From Saccostrea cucullata (lineage: Eukaryota): a DNA stretch of 64,000 bases. Location of the stretch: NCBI RefSeq assembly GCF_032062105.1, contig NW_026932690.1:248001-312000 (forward strand), read 5' to 3'. Under the pieces are notes generated by a model, which searched no databases, was not told where the DNA came from, and saw nothing but the letters and a program-made list of their open reading frames with translations. Position numbers and translations under genes: made by a program. This document shows positions 13,171-25,100 of the stretch, piece by piece. Within the stretch, counting starts at the first letter, position 1. Every line of letters starts with the position of its first letter.

Positions 13171-16100
13171 TCATAAAATACAGCACTGAAACAAACAGAG
13201 TTCTTGTTAATAGTCAGCACACACAGGGTGATGAAAGACCTATACATCTCTGTAATAATTCAGGAGAAATAAAGGTTCTGTGATGTTTTTTTCCAGTTAA
13301 AGGGTTTGACTATTTTTTCTCCAACTCAAGTTTTTTGTCAGAAGACACAAGGCATCAAAAATGCAGTTTTAAAATCTTAAAAAGGGTGAAAAATTGGTCT
13401 TTATCAAGATAAGAAGCCCTGTTCACAAAAATATAAATTAATTTTCATGCACAGAGAAATCCTACTTTTATGAAGTTTATGATGGCAGACATCAACTTTC
13501 CATGCATCAAAACTGATTGCATTTCTATACTTGTTGTTAATATATTTTTTTTTGGTTGCATGTAATAGAAACTTCACTTTATTTATATTTTCACCCAATT
13601 TTGAAGGGTTGAAAACTGAGGTAAAATCTAAAGTTCAATCTGTTAGACATGCATTTGCAAAATGCACTTAAAAGGATTTGCTGTAAGAGATTCTTTAGTT
13701 TAAATTTTTTCATTTTTATTATGCAAAAACTTCAGATTTGTTGTGAAAAGGTCTACAGGCTTTAGAATCATGAAGCAGATTTGAAAGTAAGTCAATTTTT
13801 TATGTTGTCTTCAAGTTTTATAAAATAACAAAATTTGTTTCCCTTTCATGTTGATACTGTTTAACTTTTGTAATATTCATTTTGTCATGCATTATTCGAG
13901 ATTTGACTCGTCTAACACTTTCATGATCCTGCACTATGGGGGCAACGGTGGGGAATTTTTTTTACTCTAATTTCCGGGACCCCTTAGCAGCAAGTACACA
14001 TATCTAATTCTCCCTTCATAAATTTTCTTTGAACATGACATTAAGATTATAACAAAAACTATTTTGAAAAAAACAACTAATACTGCAAAAAAAAGAGAAA
14101 ATTTTCAAAACAACCAAAGAATGTTAAAAACGATTTCCTTTGTGAAAACTTAACTTACAGAGAACAGAATGCTTTCCCTTTTCTGGTACATGTAATGGTT
14201 TAAAACTGCACAAAGACAACAATTAGTTCCATGAATAAACTCTCATTGTGTAAAAGCCAGGAAGTCAGAAATTTGGTGACGATGCCATTCTTGATTAGTT
14301 TACAGACATTTAGAGTGGGGCTGTTTCTGTTGGATTGGTTTTACAGAACACAGTGTATAAATGCTGGGAAGTATAACACAAACAGAGGAACACTATAGGT
14401 ACATACCAAGGAGGAGTTTCTCTGAGGAAAAGCATCACAAAATAATTCCCAGATTATGCAACTTTAAAATGCATAGTAATTTGACTTTGCAATAACCAAA
14501 GAAAAACTCCTCAATATTGAGGGAATTTTCAACAAGAAAATTGATAACTGCCTCTTAGATAAGTAATAATGTGAAAAATAAAAAATTCTGCCTATAAAGG
14601 GTACATATTAACAATAACTGACAAAATGTATACGTACATTATCTTTAGATCTATCCCTAGGTTCTGCCTCTCTCTCCCTCTCTCGTTCCCGGGGACGACC
14701 TCTAGCACCCTGAGCAGCTGACCTCTGACCCTGGGGTTGCTGTGGTTGCTGCTGCTGTTGTTGCTGTCTTTGCTGTTGCTCGTTTATGGCTCTCATTGCT
14801 TGTTCGTCTTCCTCGGCCTGAAGTTTGGCCGCTAATTCATGGCTGCAATCACACAAAATCAAACCATTTGTATAGTATTTATACAATAAAATACGTTCAA
14901 ACCAAACCACAATCACACAGTTTTAAAATTTTAAATCTGATATTTAAAGGTGCAGTAAAACAGTTACAGCAAATTAAACGAGTATTAATGAGAGTGAAGG
15001 CTTTCAATTGCAGTGTCATGTCAGTCCAACTCAAAGACACTTTTCTTCATGATGCATCTTACTTAATGAGAATAAATTTCATCTCATTTGCTATCTATGA
15101 CCTTTAATGCTGATTTAATAGTTGTGAATATCCATTCTACCAGCTCATATGATGTTTCTCCAGATAAGCTTATTAAATCAGCAGTAACGATCACAAATAC
15201 CAAACTAGAAGATAGCTATTCCCTTAAAAATCAATCATTAATGAAGTGAAAAGAAGCAGAAGAAGTTACTTAATTCAACTGTATGTTTTGTTTTAAATTC
15301 TATATAGACACATGCAGAGTTCAGTCTAAGCGCTGGATCCCACTTCTGAAATTTCTGGGGTCTGTGTTCAACGTCCTTTTCACAGATTTGTGTCATAAGA
15401 TTGGTCACCGTTTATTATTTTCAACTTTTTTTCATTTGTGTGAGAAATACTTAAAAGATTGGTATCATTTTAATTAATTTCAAAAGCAACTGAATTTCAT
15501 TCCCAAATCAAGAGGAATAACTCTTACTCTGACATTTGAACTTGTTGATGTTGTTGTTGACTTTGTTTCCATGCCAACTCTTCATCTGTCATTTGTTGTT
15601 CTTGTTGTAATGACATTGCCAATAAGTAGCTGCAAAACAACACAAAAGTTGTCAGATAAAACCAACATTGACAAAAATAATTTATTCTGGTGTACTGTTA
15701 CATTATAAAAAGTACTATCAATAGTCAAACCTCATTGTCTTGCACTCTATGGGACTAAGAAAAAACTGAAGACTAAATGATTATAAAACAAGAGACCCTT
15801 GGGCCACAATGCTCACATGAGAAACCTAAACCCACTGTTCCTTAGAAGATTTTAATTTTTTTGCTTTTTATTTCAATGTAAAATTTTGATAACCTACCAT
15901 TGTCCCATTGTTTACCAAATGACACATTTGTGTAAAAGTTTCACAGAGGTGGTTTCATATCAAAATGCCTAAAAGTGGACCTTCTTTTCTTTAAAGGATT
16001 TTTAAAGTAGGCCTTGCTCATAAAAGTTATCAAAAATATTTTGTCAATTAAGTTACATTGAAGATCTCCCCTTTCCTTGGATCTTGAGAAGAAACTCAAA

Positions 16101-19100
16101 ATGGGAAAATTTTATATATGCAGACAAACTTAATCAATAAAGCTCACTTGAGCCTTTGGTTCTAGCTAAGGCTCTGGTGAGTTAAATTGAGACCTACTCT
16201 TGATCCACTTGTTCATCTGACCCCGGGGGGACCTCGGGAGGTACCAGTGTTTCTGTGAGTGGGGTAGGTTTGGTGTAGGTGTGGAACTGGGCATCCACAA
16301 AGTACCCGTCCCCCTCCACATTATTCAGGGTCTCCCAAACCACATTCTTCTCATTCAGAAATCCCTGGTCTGTCACCAACAGGAACAACTCATTCTGTAA
16401 AGACAACATCTAAGATGTCACCAACAGGAACAACTCATTCTGTAAAGACAACATCTCTAAGTCATCAGCAGGAACAACTCATTCTGTAAAGACAATATCT
16501 AAGTCACCAGCAGGAACAACTCATTCTGTAAAGACAATCTCTAAGTCACCAGCAGGAACAACTCATTCTGTAAAGACAATATCTAAGTCACCAGCAGGGA
16601 CAACTCATTCTGTAAAGACAATATCTAAAATGTCAGCAACAAGACAACATTAAGCCTGTCATAACAAACACATTTCCAGTACAGGTACCACAGAACTTGC
16701 AGACTTTGGTCAGATTCAGGCCACAGAAAACAACAGGTCCATCCCATCAATGTACTGATACACATACACAGCTCCTTTGTATTTCATGTTTTAGCTTTGG
16801 TTTCAATTTATTCCTTTTTTTTTTTTTGGTATTCTCACAGTCGCACAGTAACTAAGCTGAACACATTTTATTTTTACACCCTCATTATTGATTCAATTTC
16901 CCTGAGTACAACCTACTGAATGATGCTATTTTGGATTACAAGTATTCCTGTCTCAGCACCAAATTAAGTCTTCTAAATTAGACAATATCTTATTTTAGTT
17001 TTACATTGTCAGCTATAAATCTGTAGTACATGAACATAACATTTATACACTCATAATAGGCTAAAAGGCAAATAAGAGCATTTTACAACTATAAAAGTTA
17101 TCAAACATTATTAACTTAGTGTAAATCTTTTTTTATTCACAAGATAATCCTCTATGTGACACTGTGTGAGACTGTCATTGCACAAAAATTAATGTTGTTA
17201 ATAGCTCTCCTCACATGGCCTTGAAATTAAGGCAGTCAAAAATTAAGCCTATTTATACTGCCATTTTACTTTGCAAAATAATTTGGTCCAACACGCTTCG
17301 TGCAGATGTCAACTACGAGAGCACCTCAAAGAGGCATAAGACATTTATTGAAATCTATCTTTTTTTCACAATTACGGCAAGAATTTGGAGAAATTAATCC
17401 AGAATCAAGCGCAATATTATTACAGTTTCTGATATGGGTGGCACATACTGTAGCTCTCTGGTCATCCATCGAATTTTTCTGACCAGCGAGCTACAGATCT
17501 GCAGCTACTTTACGATATACATGTGCTAATATTAAAGTTATTTTAAACTTTAGCATAATATGTCTCTGGAATGACCGAGTCCTCACTTTTAAGTGACATG
17601 ATTTCTTTTAATTATAAATGTCTAGATCTGTATGGCCTGTTCCTTTTCATCCCAATCTCTGAAGATGCATTTGTACATGCATGGACTAAATCATGACTAA
17701 GGAAATTTATACATTTATTTGTAATGTGTAAGTAAAACTGTTAGCAAGATGTACTTCACTCTAACAAAGCCCTAGTGTGGGTTTCCTGCCTTCTTCCTTT
17801 GAGGAGCAGCGGGGTAAGAACAACTGAGGCCCACTGAGGGGTAATCAATACAGATTTTATTTAATTACATAAAAAAATCCATTGCTACTTAATTTTTTTT
17901 TTACATAACATTTTCCAATTTTATCTGCTTTACAGTGCTATAGATGGATTACTGTTGACCAAGTTTTTATTTTCACTAACAAAGGATATATTTTTAAAAA
18001 TATTTTTCTTAACATGTAATCAACAAAATGATACTCATGTCACTAACACACAAGCCATCAGCTGATCCTTGATTTCCATTACAAAGACGGGCTTGTTTGA
18101 TAGACATTATCTAAGTGTGGTGATAAAAATAATACAGTGTACTCCGATTACCGTGGCGACACAGAAGACATGTGATTGGTTCTAAGGAGAGATGAATGAG
18201 GTGGATATTACATTTATTGGCTCTCTGGTTCTAACATTGGTTATCATCACCATAAAAACAGGTTAGTGATAGACCCAGTTTATACACGACTTTTCTCTAA
18301 ATACTATTTTTTTTTCCCTCTTAGTTATTTTTTTTTTATTCTAATTTTGTTTGAGATCATTTACGTATGATATTTGTAAAAACTTCTGCTGCAAAAAAAG
18401 CAAATTTAAAATTAAAATAATACCCCCAAAGCTGCCCACTTTGCATCTTCTTATCATGCAGCTTTCATCTTAATATAACTACACATAATTATCATGCCTT
18501 GATAACTTAGATACAAGAATTTATAAGTGAGGCTTTCATCTAGAACCTTTTCATTCATACAAGTTTAAAGCATTTTTTTCCGACCAGTGTGAATTACCAT
18601 ATAAGCAGAAATTTTAGCTAGGATCTAATTTTGGCATCGTTAGTGAGGGTACCAAGATCACTAACATTGAATATCGCTAAAATTTTATTGCGCTTTATTT
18701 GAAAAAAGTTTATAAAGAGAGCTTATAAAAATAGCTAGAATTATATCTCACTAAAAATAAAATACAAATTTTTAAGGACAAATTGCTAATTTTGCATCTC
18801 GCTAAAATTTCCTCTTATACGGTACATATTTTGTGCATATAAGGCTTTAAAATATAAACTGTACATTTTTGTTTTATAATGTTTAAAGAATCTAAACATT
18901 TGAAGCATTAGAAACAGATAAACTGCTTCATCCTCCCATCTGAACAGCATCTGTTTTTTCAATTGATGCTAGTACATGCTATGAAGCACTTCTTTTTAAA
19001 TTCAAATTTAAACATCTGAAATCAAGTCTGCTTGTTCATGAACAGCTTCAACAAAAAAGCTTACAAGAACACTTCCAATATAAAAGATTTCATGATGACC

Positions 19101-22100
19101 TCTAAAATAACAGCTTTCATGAACACCTCCAACATAAAAGTTTACAAGAACACCTCCAATAAAAAAGCTTTCATGAACACCTCCAACATAAAAATTTACA
19201 AGAACACCTCCAACAAAATAGCTTTCATGAACACCTCCAACATGAAAGCTTACATAAACACCTCCTAAATTGAAGGGCTTCCTGGTACATGAACACCTCT
19301 ATTAAAGGTGCATAGACACAGATTTGAAGTTAATTTTTACCCAAATTTTCTGCACAACATTACTACTTATATATTGCAATAGCATTTCACAAGAAAATAT
19401 AATTAAAATCTTATTTCATCTCAAAGTTATTGAAACTTCGAATTTCTGGTCGGGTTTGATTGACACGTCCTTGCACTTTCACAAATTATAATTTTATTCT
19501 TAATACTTAAGAAAAGTGGCAATTTTGTTGTATATTTATGAAAACTATTAAAAATTTAATCTAGAAAAATCAGAGTAAAAATGTTCGAAAGGTAAACGCA
19601 CTCACAGTTTATTGTCAGTCTGTGCTCAGTGGTATGTGCAGACTTTAACAACTTGAACACACTTGTGAATCATAAACATAAACAATAACAGAGCTAGTGC
19701 GCTGTCTACAAAACCAGTTTATGCTTCACAATTGTATTCAATTTGTTAAACTCTGTACAGAACACTGAAAAGGGAATGACAATACCAGTGAGGGGGTTTT
19801 AATTTTGAACATTTTAAACATAAAAGTTTACATGAACATCCCTAACAAAAGAACTTGTTTTTTTGTGCCTATTTCTGACATTGTTTACTGGTCCATTGAC
19901 TAAAGATATTTCTAGAAATTTTGGAATTCACACGAATAAGTCAAATAAAATGTAAATAGAATGCTGAATTAATGCAGATAAAAAGGTACCTAATATAATA
20001 TCGACTAGTAAATAATTCTTGAATTCCATTTCAGTTGAGGGTGGTAAATGTTTACAAGATGCACAGCGGCAATGTCAGACAGAATCAGCCGGTCTAATAG
20101 AGGCCCAAACAAAAAGATCAGGGGTTTGTGGGTAAGATGGTGTTCTAAAACATACTCAGGTCCATCACATTTGTACATTGTAAATCATTTTAATTCCACC
20201 ATTTTAAAATTTCATGATTTCTGAAAAAATATAGATCGTGATGGATTTTTGTTTCATCTAATAAAGAAAGAACTTAGGTAATAATTTTATTGTAACTTAA
20301 TAAAAGCTAAGGATAAAAGATTGCCTACTTCCAAGAGGAAGCAACTACAGGAGTCTTTATTAGAGGAGAGGAACTTTGAGTAATAAATGCAAATGGTTTA
20401 AATACCCTGACTGTACAAATGCATTACAGTGTGACCTATTTTCCAGTAGAATGTAACTTTTTCCGTATAAAATGACCTACTTTTCAGTAGAATGTGACCT
20501 ATTTTTCAGTAGAATATGACCTTTTTTCAGTAGAATGTGACCTATTTTTCAGTAGAATATGACCTATTTTTCAGTGGAATGTGACCTATTTCTCAGTAGA
20601 ATGTGACCTATTTTTCAGAATATGACCTATATTTTTCAGAATATGACCTATTTTTTTTTCAGTGCATATGCTGACTATGACACCTGCATAAAAACCTCCA
20701 TCACCAAGCTAGGCTGTTACCTGTCCCCTAATGAAGCAGATCTCTATGAAAAAGATATAACTAATATATACACTGAGTACCCGTATAAGTGTACCAAAAC
20801 TGCTAGTGGTAAGTAAAAACCTCCATTCACCAAGCTGAGATGTCACCTGAACCTCTGTATACTGAGTAATTTGAAATTCAGATAGATTTCTCAGCGCTCA
20901 ATTATTTGCTCTGTAATATGCCAATTGGAATTTTAGAAAGTATTGTTCACCACTAAAAAATATTTTTCTTTCTTCCTGGAACAGGTTGGATAGCATCCTA
21001 CACAGCCCGCTCAGGAGCATCAGGGAGTTTGTCAGTGGTCACAGGGAGTGTGTCAGTCCTGATCAGCTTCACCAATACAATGGGATTTCTCTGTCTCTTA
21101 CACTGATTCTCATGTTAATTACTTAACACTGTGATATATTATTATTTTTAATTGTTATCATTTTATGTAGATATTGCAATAAAAATAATTCCACAATTAA
21201 AATTTCAATTTTTAGTATACACCTGTACATTACTCATAATACTGTAAATCACTTTTTATTCGCGAGAACTTTATTTTCGCGTAATTACGCGAGGCAATGC
21301 GTTCGCGAAAATTTAATTCTCGCGTATAAAAGTATTCCTTACGATTATATAGAGGAATAACAACTATTCGTGAAAATTATGTCTCGCTTACAAAAAGTCA
21401 ATGACAATCTCGCGAAAATAAGGTGTCGCGAAAAATTAGTAATCTACAGTATATAAGTGTAACAAAACAGATAAAACCACCTGCACTGGCAGTTAAAGTA
21501 AATACTGAGTATGTGCATGCATAAAATTCCTTTTATTTTACACATGCACGTACATATACTCAATAATTATATTATTTATTTTCGATTTAACTAAACATAG
21601 TCAACATACATTGCATACAGCATAACGTTAATACTGAGAACTATAGCTCTCCTGCAAAAATATTTTGACAGACCAGAGGGCTACAGTGCCACCCATTGAA
21701 AAAACTGTATATTTATTGCGGACAAAAAAGTGTGCGGTTTCTTGATTTATTTCTCCATATATTTAAATTGTCATCTCAAAATTTCACAGACTGTGTCTTC
21801 CTAACATATTTCTACACTACTTCCAAAATAAATCATTCCGAAAAAGTGTTGCTAATAATCTTCCTTGGCCTGAAATTGAGACCATCAAAAATGTCGCCTG
21901 TGTATACAATCATTTTGAGTCTAAGGATAATACCATCCAATGTGCTTTGGACGTGACTGGTACATAAAGCTTTGTTGCGGAAGTAGTAAGAAAATATGTT
22001 GGAAACTCATGGTTAGTAGCATTTTGATGTATACAGATAAATTATTTGATAAACAGTGCACTTTTTGTTGCGCAATAGATTTACATGTACACTTTTTTTC

Positions 22101-25100
22101 AGTGGGTGACACTGTAGCTCTCTGGTCGTCCATCCCAATTTTTTAATACCAGTGAGCTACAGATCTGCAGCTAAGAACTAATGTCCTCTGAATATAAAAT
22201 GTGATTAAATTGTTGTCACTGACCTTTTGTTTATACAAGGTACTGAAATGGTTATTTCTAAAGAACACACAAAGCTGGTCTTCTTTCACGGTTGAGTTGA
22301 GTTCATACAGCCCATGGTAAGTCAGCTGTGATGCTGTTCTATCAAGGAAAGACTCTGCCAACAGTGCTAAAATAAAAAAGAATCTTAATAATTAAAAGTA
22401 TCCTACTGCAGACTTTGATAAAATGTCAAAATTACTTTCTTTCTCAAATTTTCCAATAGAGTTTCGTTGTTAGATGTTGCTAACTTTAGTTTTTTTTTCA
22501 TCACTTATTACATCTACCATGGATTCTGCATGCACTTTGCCAAAATAGCAGCAAGGGTTTTGATATAACTGCAGGATGCACAACCTTTAGTGAAGCAAAT
22601 GTTTGTAAAATGTGATACACTGCTTAATCACATGATGATGGATTATAATAAATCATCTCTTAAAAACAACTAAAGAAAATGGTCTTGTATTCTTGCACTT
22701 AGGCTATACATGTAACTGGAACATAAAATGGCCAAACTAGTGTGTGATTTTTTCATGAATATATACACTAAGAATTGCATTGTACATTTGGCAAACTTGT
22801 ATTAATTCATATTACATCAATTCTGTAGAAACATAAATGATCCTGTGAGGACAGGAAATTGTCTCCATGATTTAATTAATCCTGTGTGCTCTCCAGTCTT
22901 TTTAAATATTTCCTGATCTACTAGTTCTCACAGAAACCTGAACAATTTTACATTCCCTCGTACTAAGTGTTGAAGTGCCTGAGTATTTATCTAATTATAT
23001 CGAGATAAGAGACATATTCAACTTCCCTCTCCTACCCATTCATTTTCCTGAGGAACTCTTACAAATGAAGTTTTTATTTTTTTTCTCTTATATCCTAAAC
23101 ACTTTACATTCTTTACTCATTCATAACCTTCAATTTATATTTTTTCCCTTATGATTATTTTTGTTTATTTGTTTGTTGATTTTATTGGGGGGGGGGGATT
23201 CTCTTTCGTAATACTATAGAGAGTGTGCTAGAGGAAATTTTAACACTTTCTTTTTCTTCTATCATTATACATGTCATTTTAGAACATTTTACACAAGTCT
23301 GCCTGCCTGCATTGCCCCTGTGATTACCTTGGTTCACGAGGTCTGGTCTCTCGGAGCTCCGATCGCTGATAATTTTTTCCACCAGCTGATTATAACTACA
23401 GTTACCGATCGCCTCCACCATTCTCATGTCCTGGGGATCAACAAGCCAACCATGGTACAGAGGGATACCCAACAGGTCAAAGATTATACACTCAGGGGTG
23501 TACTCAAAATCCTGTATCCTGCAATATATATATTTTTTGATTAAGAAATGAATTTAATTTTTGAAGATTCATGAGGTTATGAACTACGACGCTTCACACC
23601 GGCATATTTCATGAATCGCTTTAGCGCTTCATGATAAATATGCCAGCGTGAAGCTTTGTAGTTCATATACCTGATGAATCTTCAAAAATTAAATTCATTT
23701 CTTATATTTACATTATTTTTCTGATGACTAGTTATAAATTTACGCCATTCAACTGTCATTTTTAAAGCAAAACAGTGTAGACGCGAAGTGCGGTATTATG
23801 ACATAACAATGGAGATATTCATTCGTGGTACAAATGTAATGTAGTTCATGAGAAAATGAACTGCATTTTATTTTGTAAAGAATCATACGGGAAATTTATT
23901 GGAAATGTAAATATTCAAATATTGACAACATAATCTACATAATAATTTGATAAACCTTATATGCATAAACTTAGAAAATCCACATTTTCTTTAAACATTT
24001 CTAATCTGCAGTTGCAAAAAGTGAGATACATTGTACATGTAAAAAACATGAGTAAATCAATTTGAACAACTTTAGTCTGCACTATATCTATGTCATTATA
24101 ACTTACAAGTGCATATTTAATATAATATGAATCTATTTCTGTCTGTAACCTGTTATAACTACTGAAACTACCAATATAATGACATGCTCTCTGTAACTTG
24201 TGTATAACTGACATGACATCATGACTTTTCCTCTCTGTAACTTATGTACAAATTACATGACATCATGACTTTTGCACATAAATGACACAACATGATAATT
24301 TTCCCCTCTGTAACTTGTCAAGTGTATATCTGATATGACATCATGACTTTTCTTACCTGTTACTTACGTAAACCTTCTATGACATCATGACTTACCCTGT
24401 AAATCTAACATTAACATCTAGTCCTGTCTGTAACTTGTGTATAACTGCCATGGCGTCATGCATGTTCTGCTCAAAATTTAGCTGAACAGCTTCAGTGCCA
24501 TTCTAAAAATATAAATGTTCTAAATTTAGGTTAATTGTTGTAAAATTCTCTGCAAAAACAATAACACAGATAAACCAAGATGTAATAAATCACACATAAA
24601 TAAATGTTATTTTACATATATTTTACATATATGACGTGTATAAAATTGATGCAATTTATCATTATATGAAATACTCTGTACATAAGATTTTCTTTATACT
24701 CAGTATTTGCAATTTCAACTGTTTTCTCTTTGATAACACTTTGAAAGTTGATTTTTAAACATTTAAAACTGAATGTTGATTTCACAAAGTGAAAGGTCAG
24801 GTGACTAATATACATGTCAATTTCAACAGCTGTCACTGTATCTGTGGAAAGTAACCATTGAAATAATCATGGAATGCCATGTGAATTTCATATCTATTAA
24901 ATAGTATTTGTTATCTAAATTTCGTTCACACATAAATGTAAACATGTAAGGGAATCCCTTGTGTTCTGAACTTGTTTCTTATTGCTACCTGATATTTAAC
25001 ACCTTACCGTAGGTGCGCTGAGGAGGATGCTGTCCCCTAGGTAAGTCATTATCTGCTCTGGAGTGATCACCTCTATCCCAGGCTCAAGCCTAACTTTAGC

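Noticed and set aside
14159-14205. Second possible MINDY mini-exon (minus strand ...gtgcag|ttttaa... or accag|KRESILFS|gtaagt)
   Set aside because: The strong acceptor gives an immediate stop and the in-frame one lacks a pyrimidine tract; unsupported without RNA data.
15030-15250. Possible further Penelope RT remnant
   Set aside because: Too degenerate to support by eye.
17770-17845. GC-rich hairpin, possible snoRNA/miRNA or 5' UTR exon of the nested gene
   Set aside because: No convincing C/D or H/ACA boxes and an imperfect stem; cannot be assigned.
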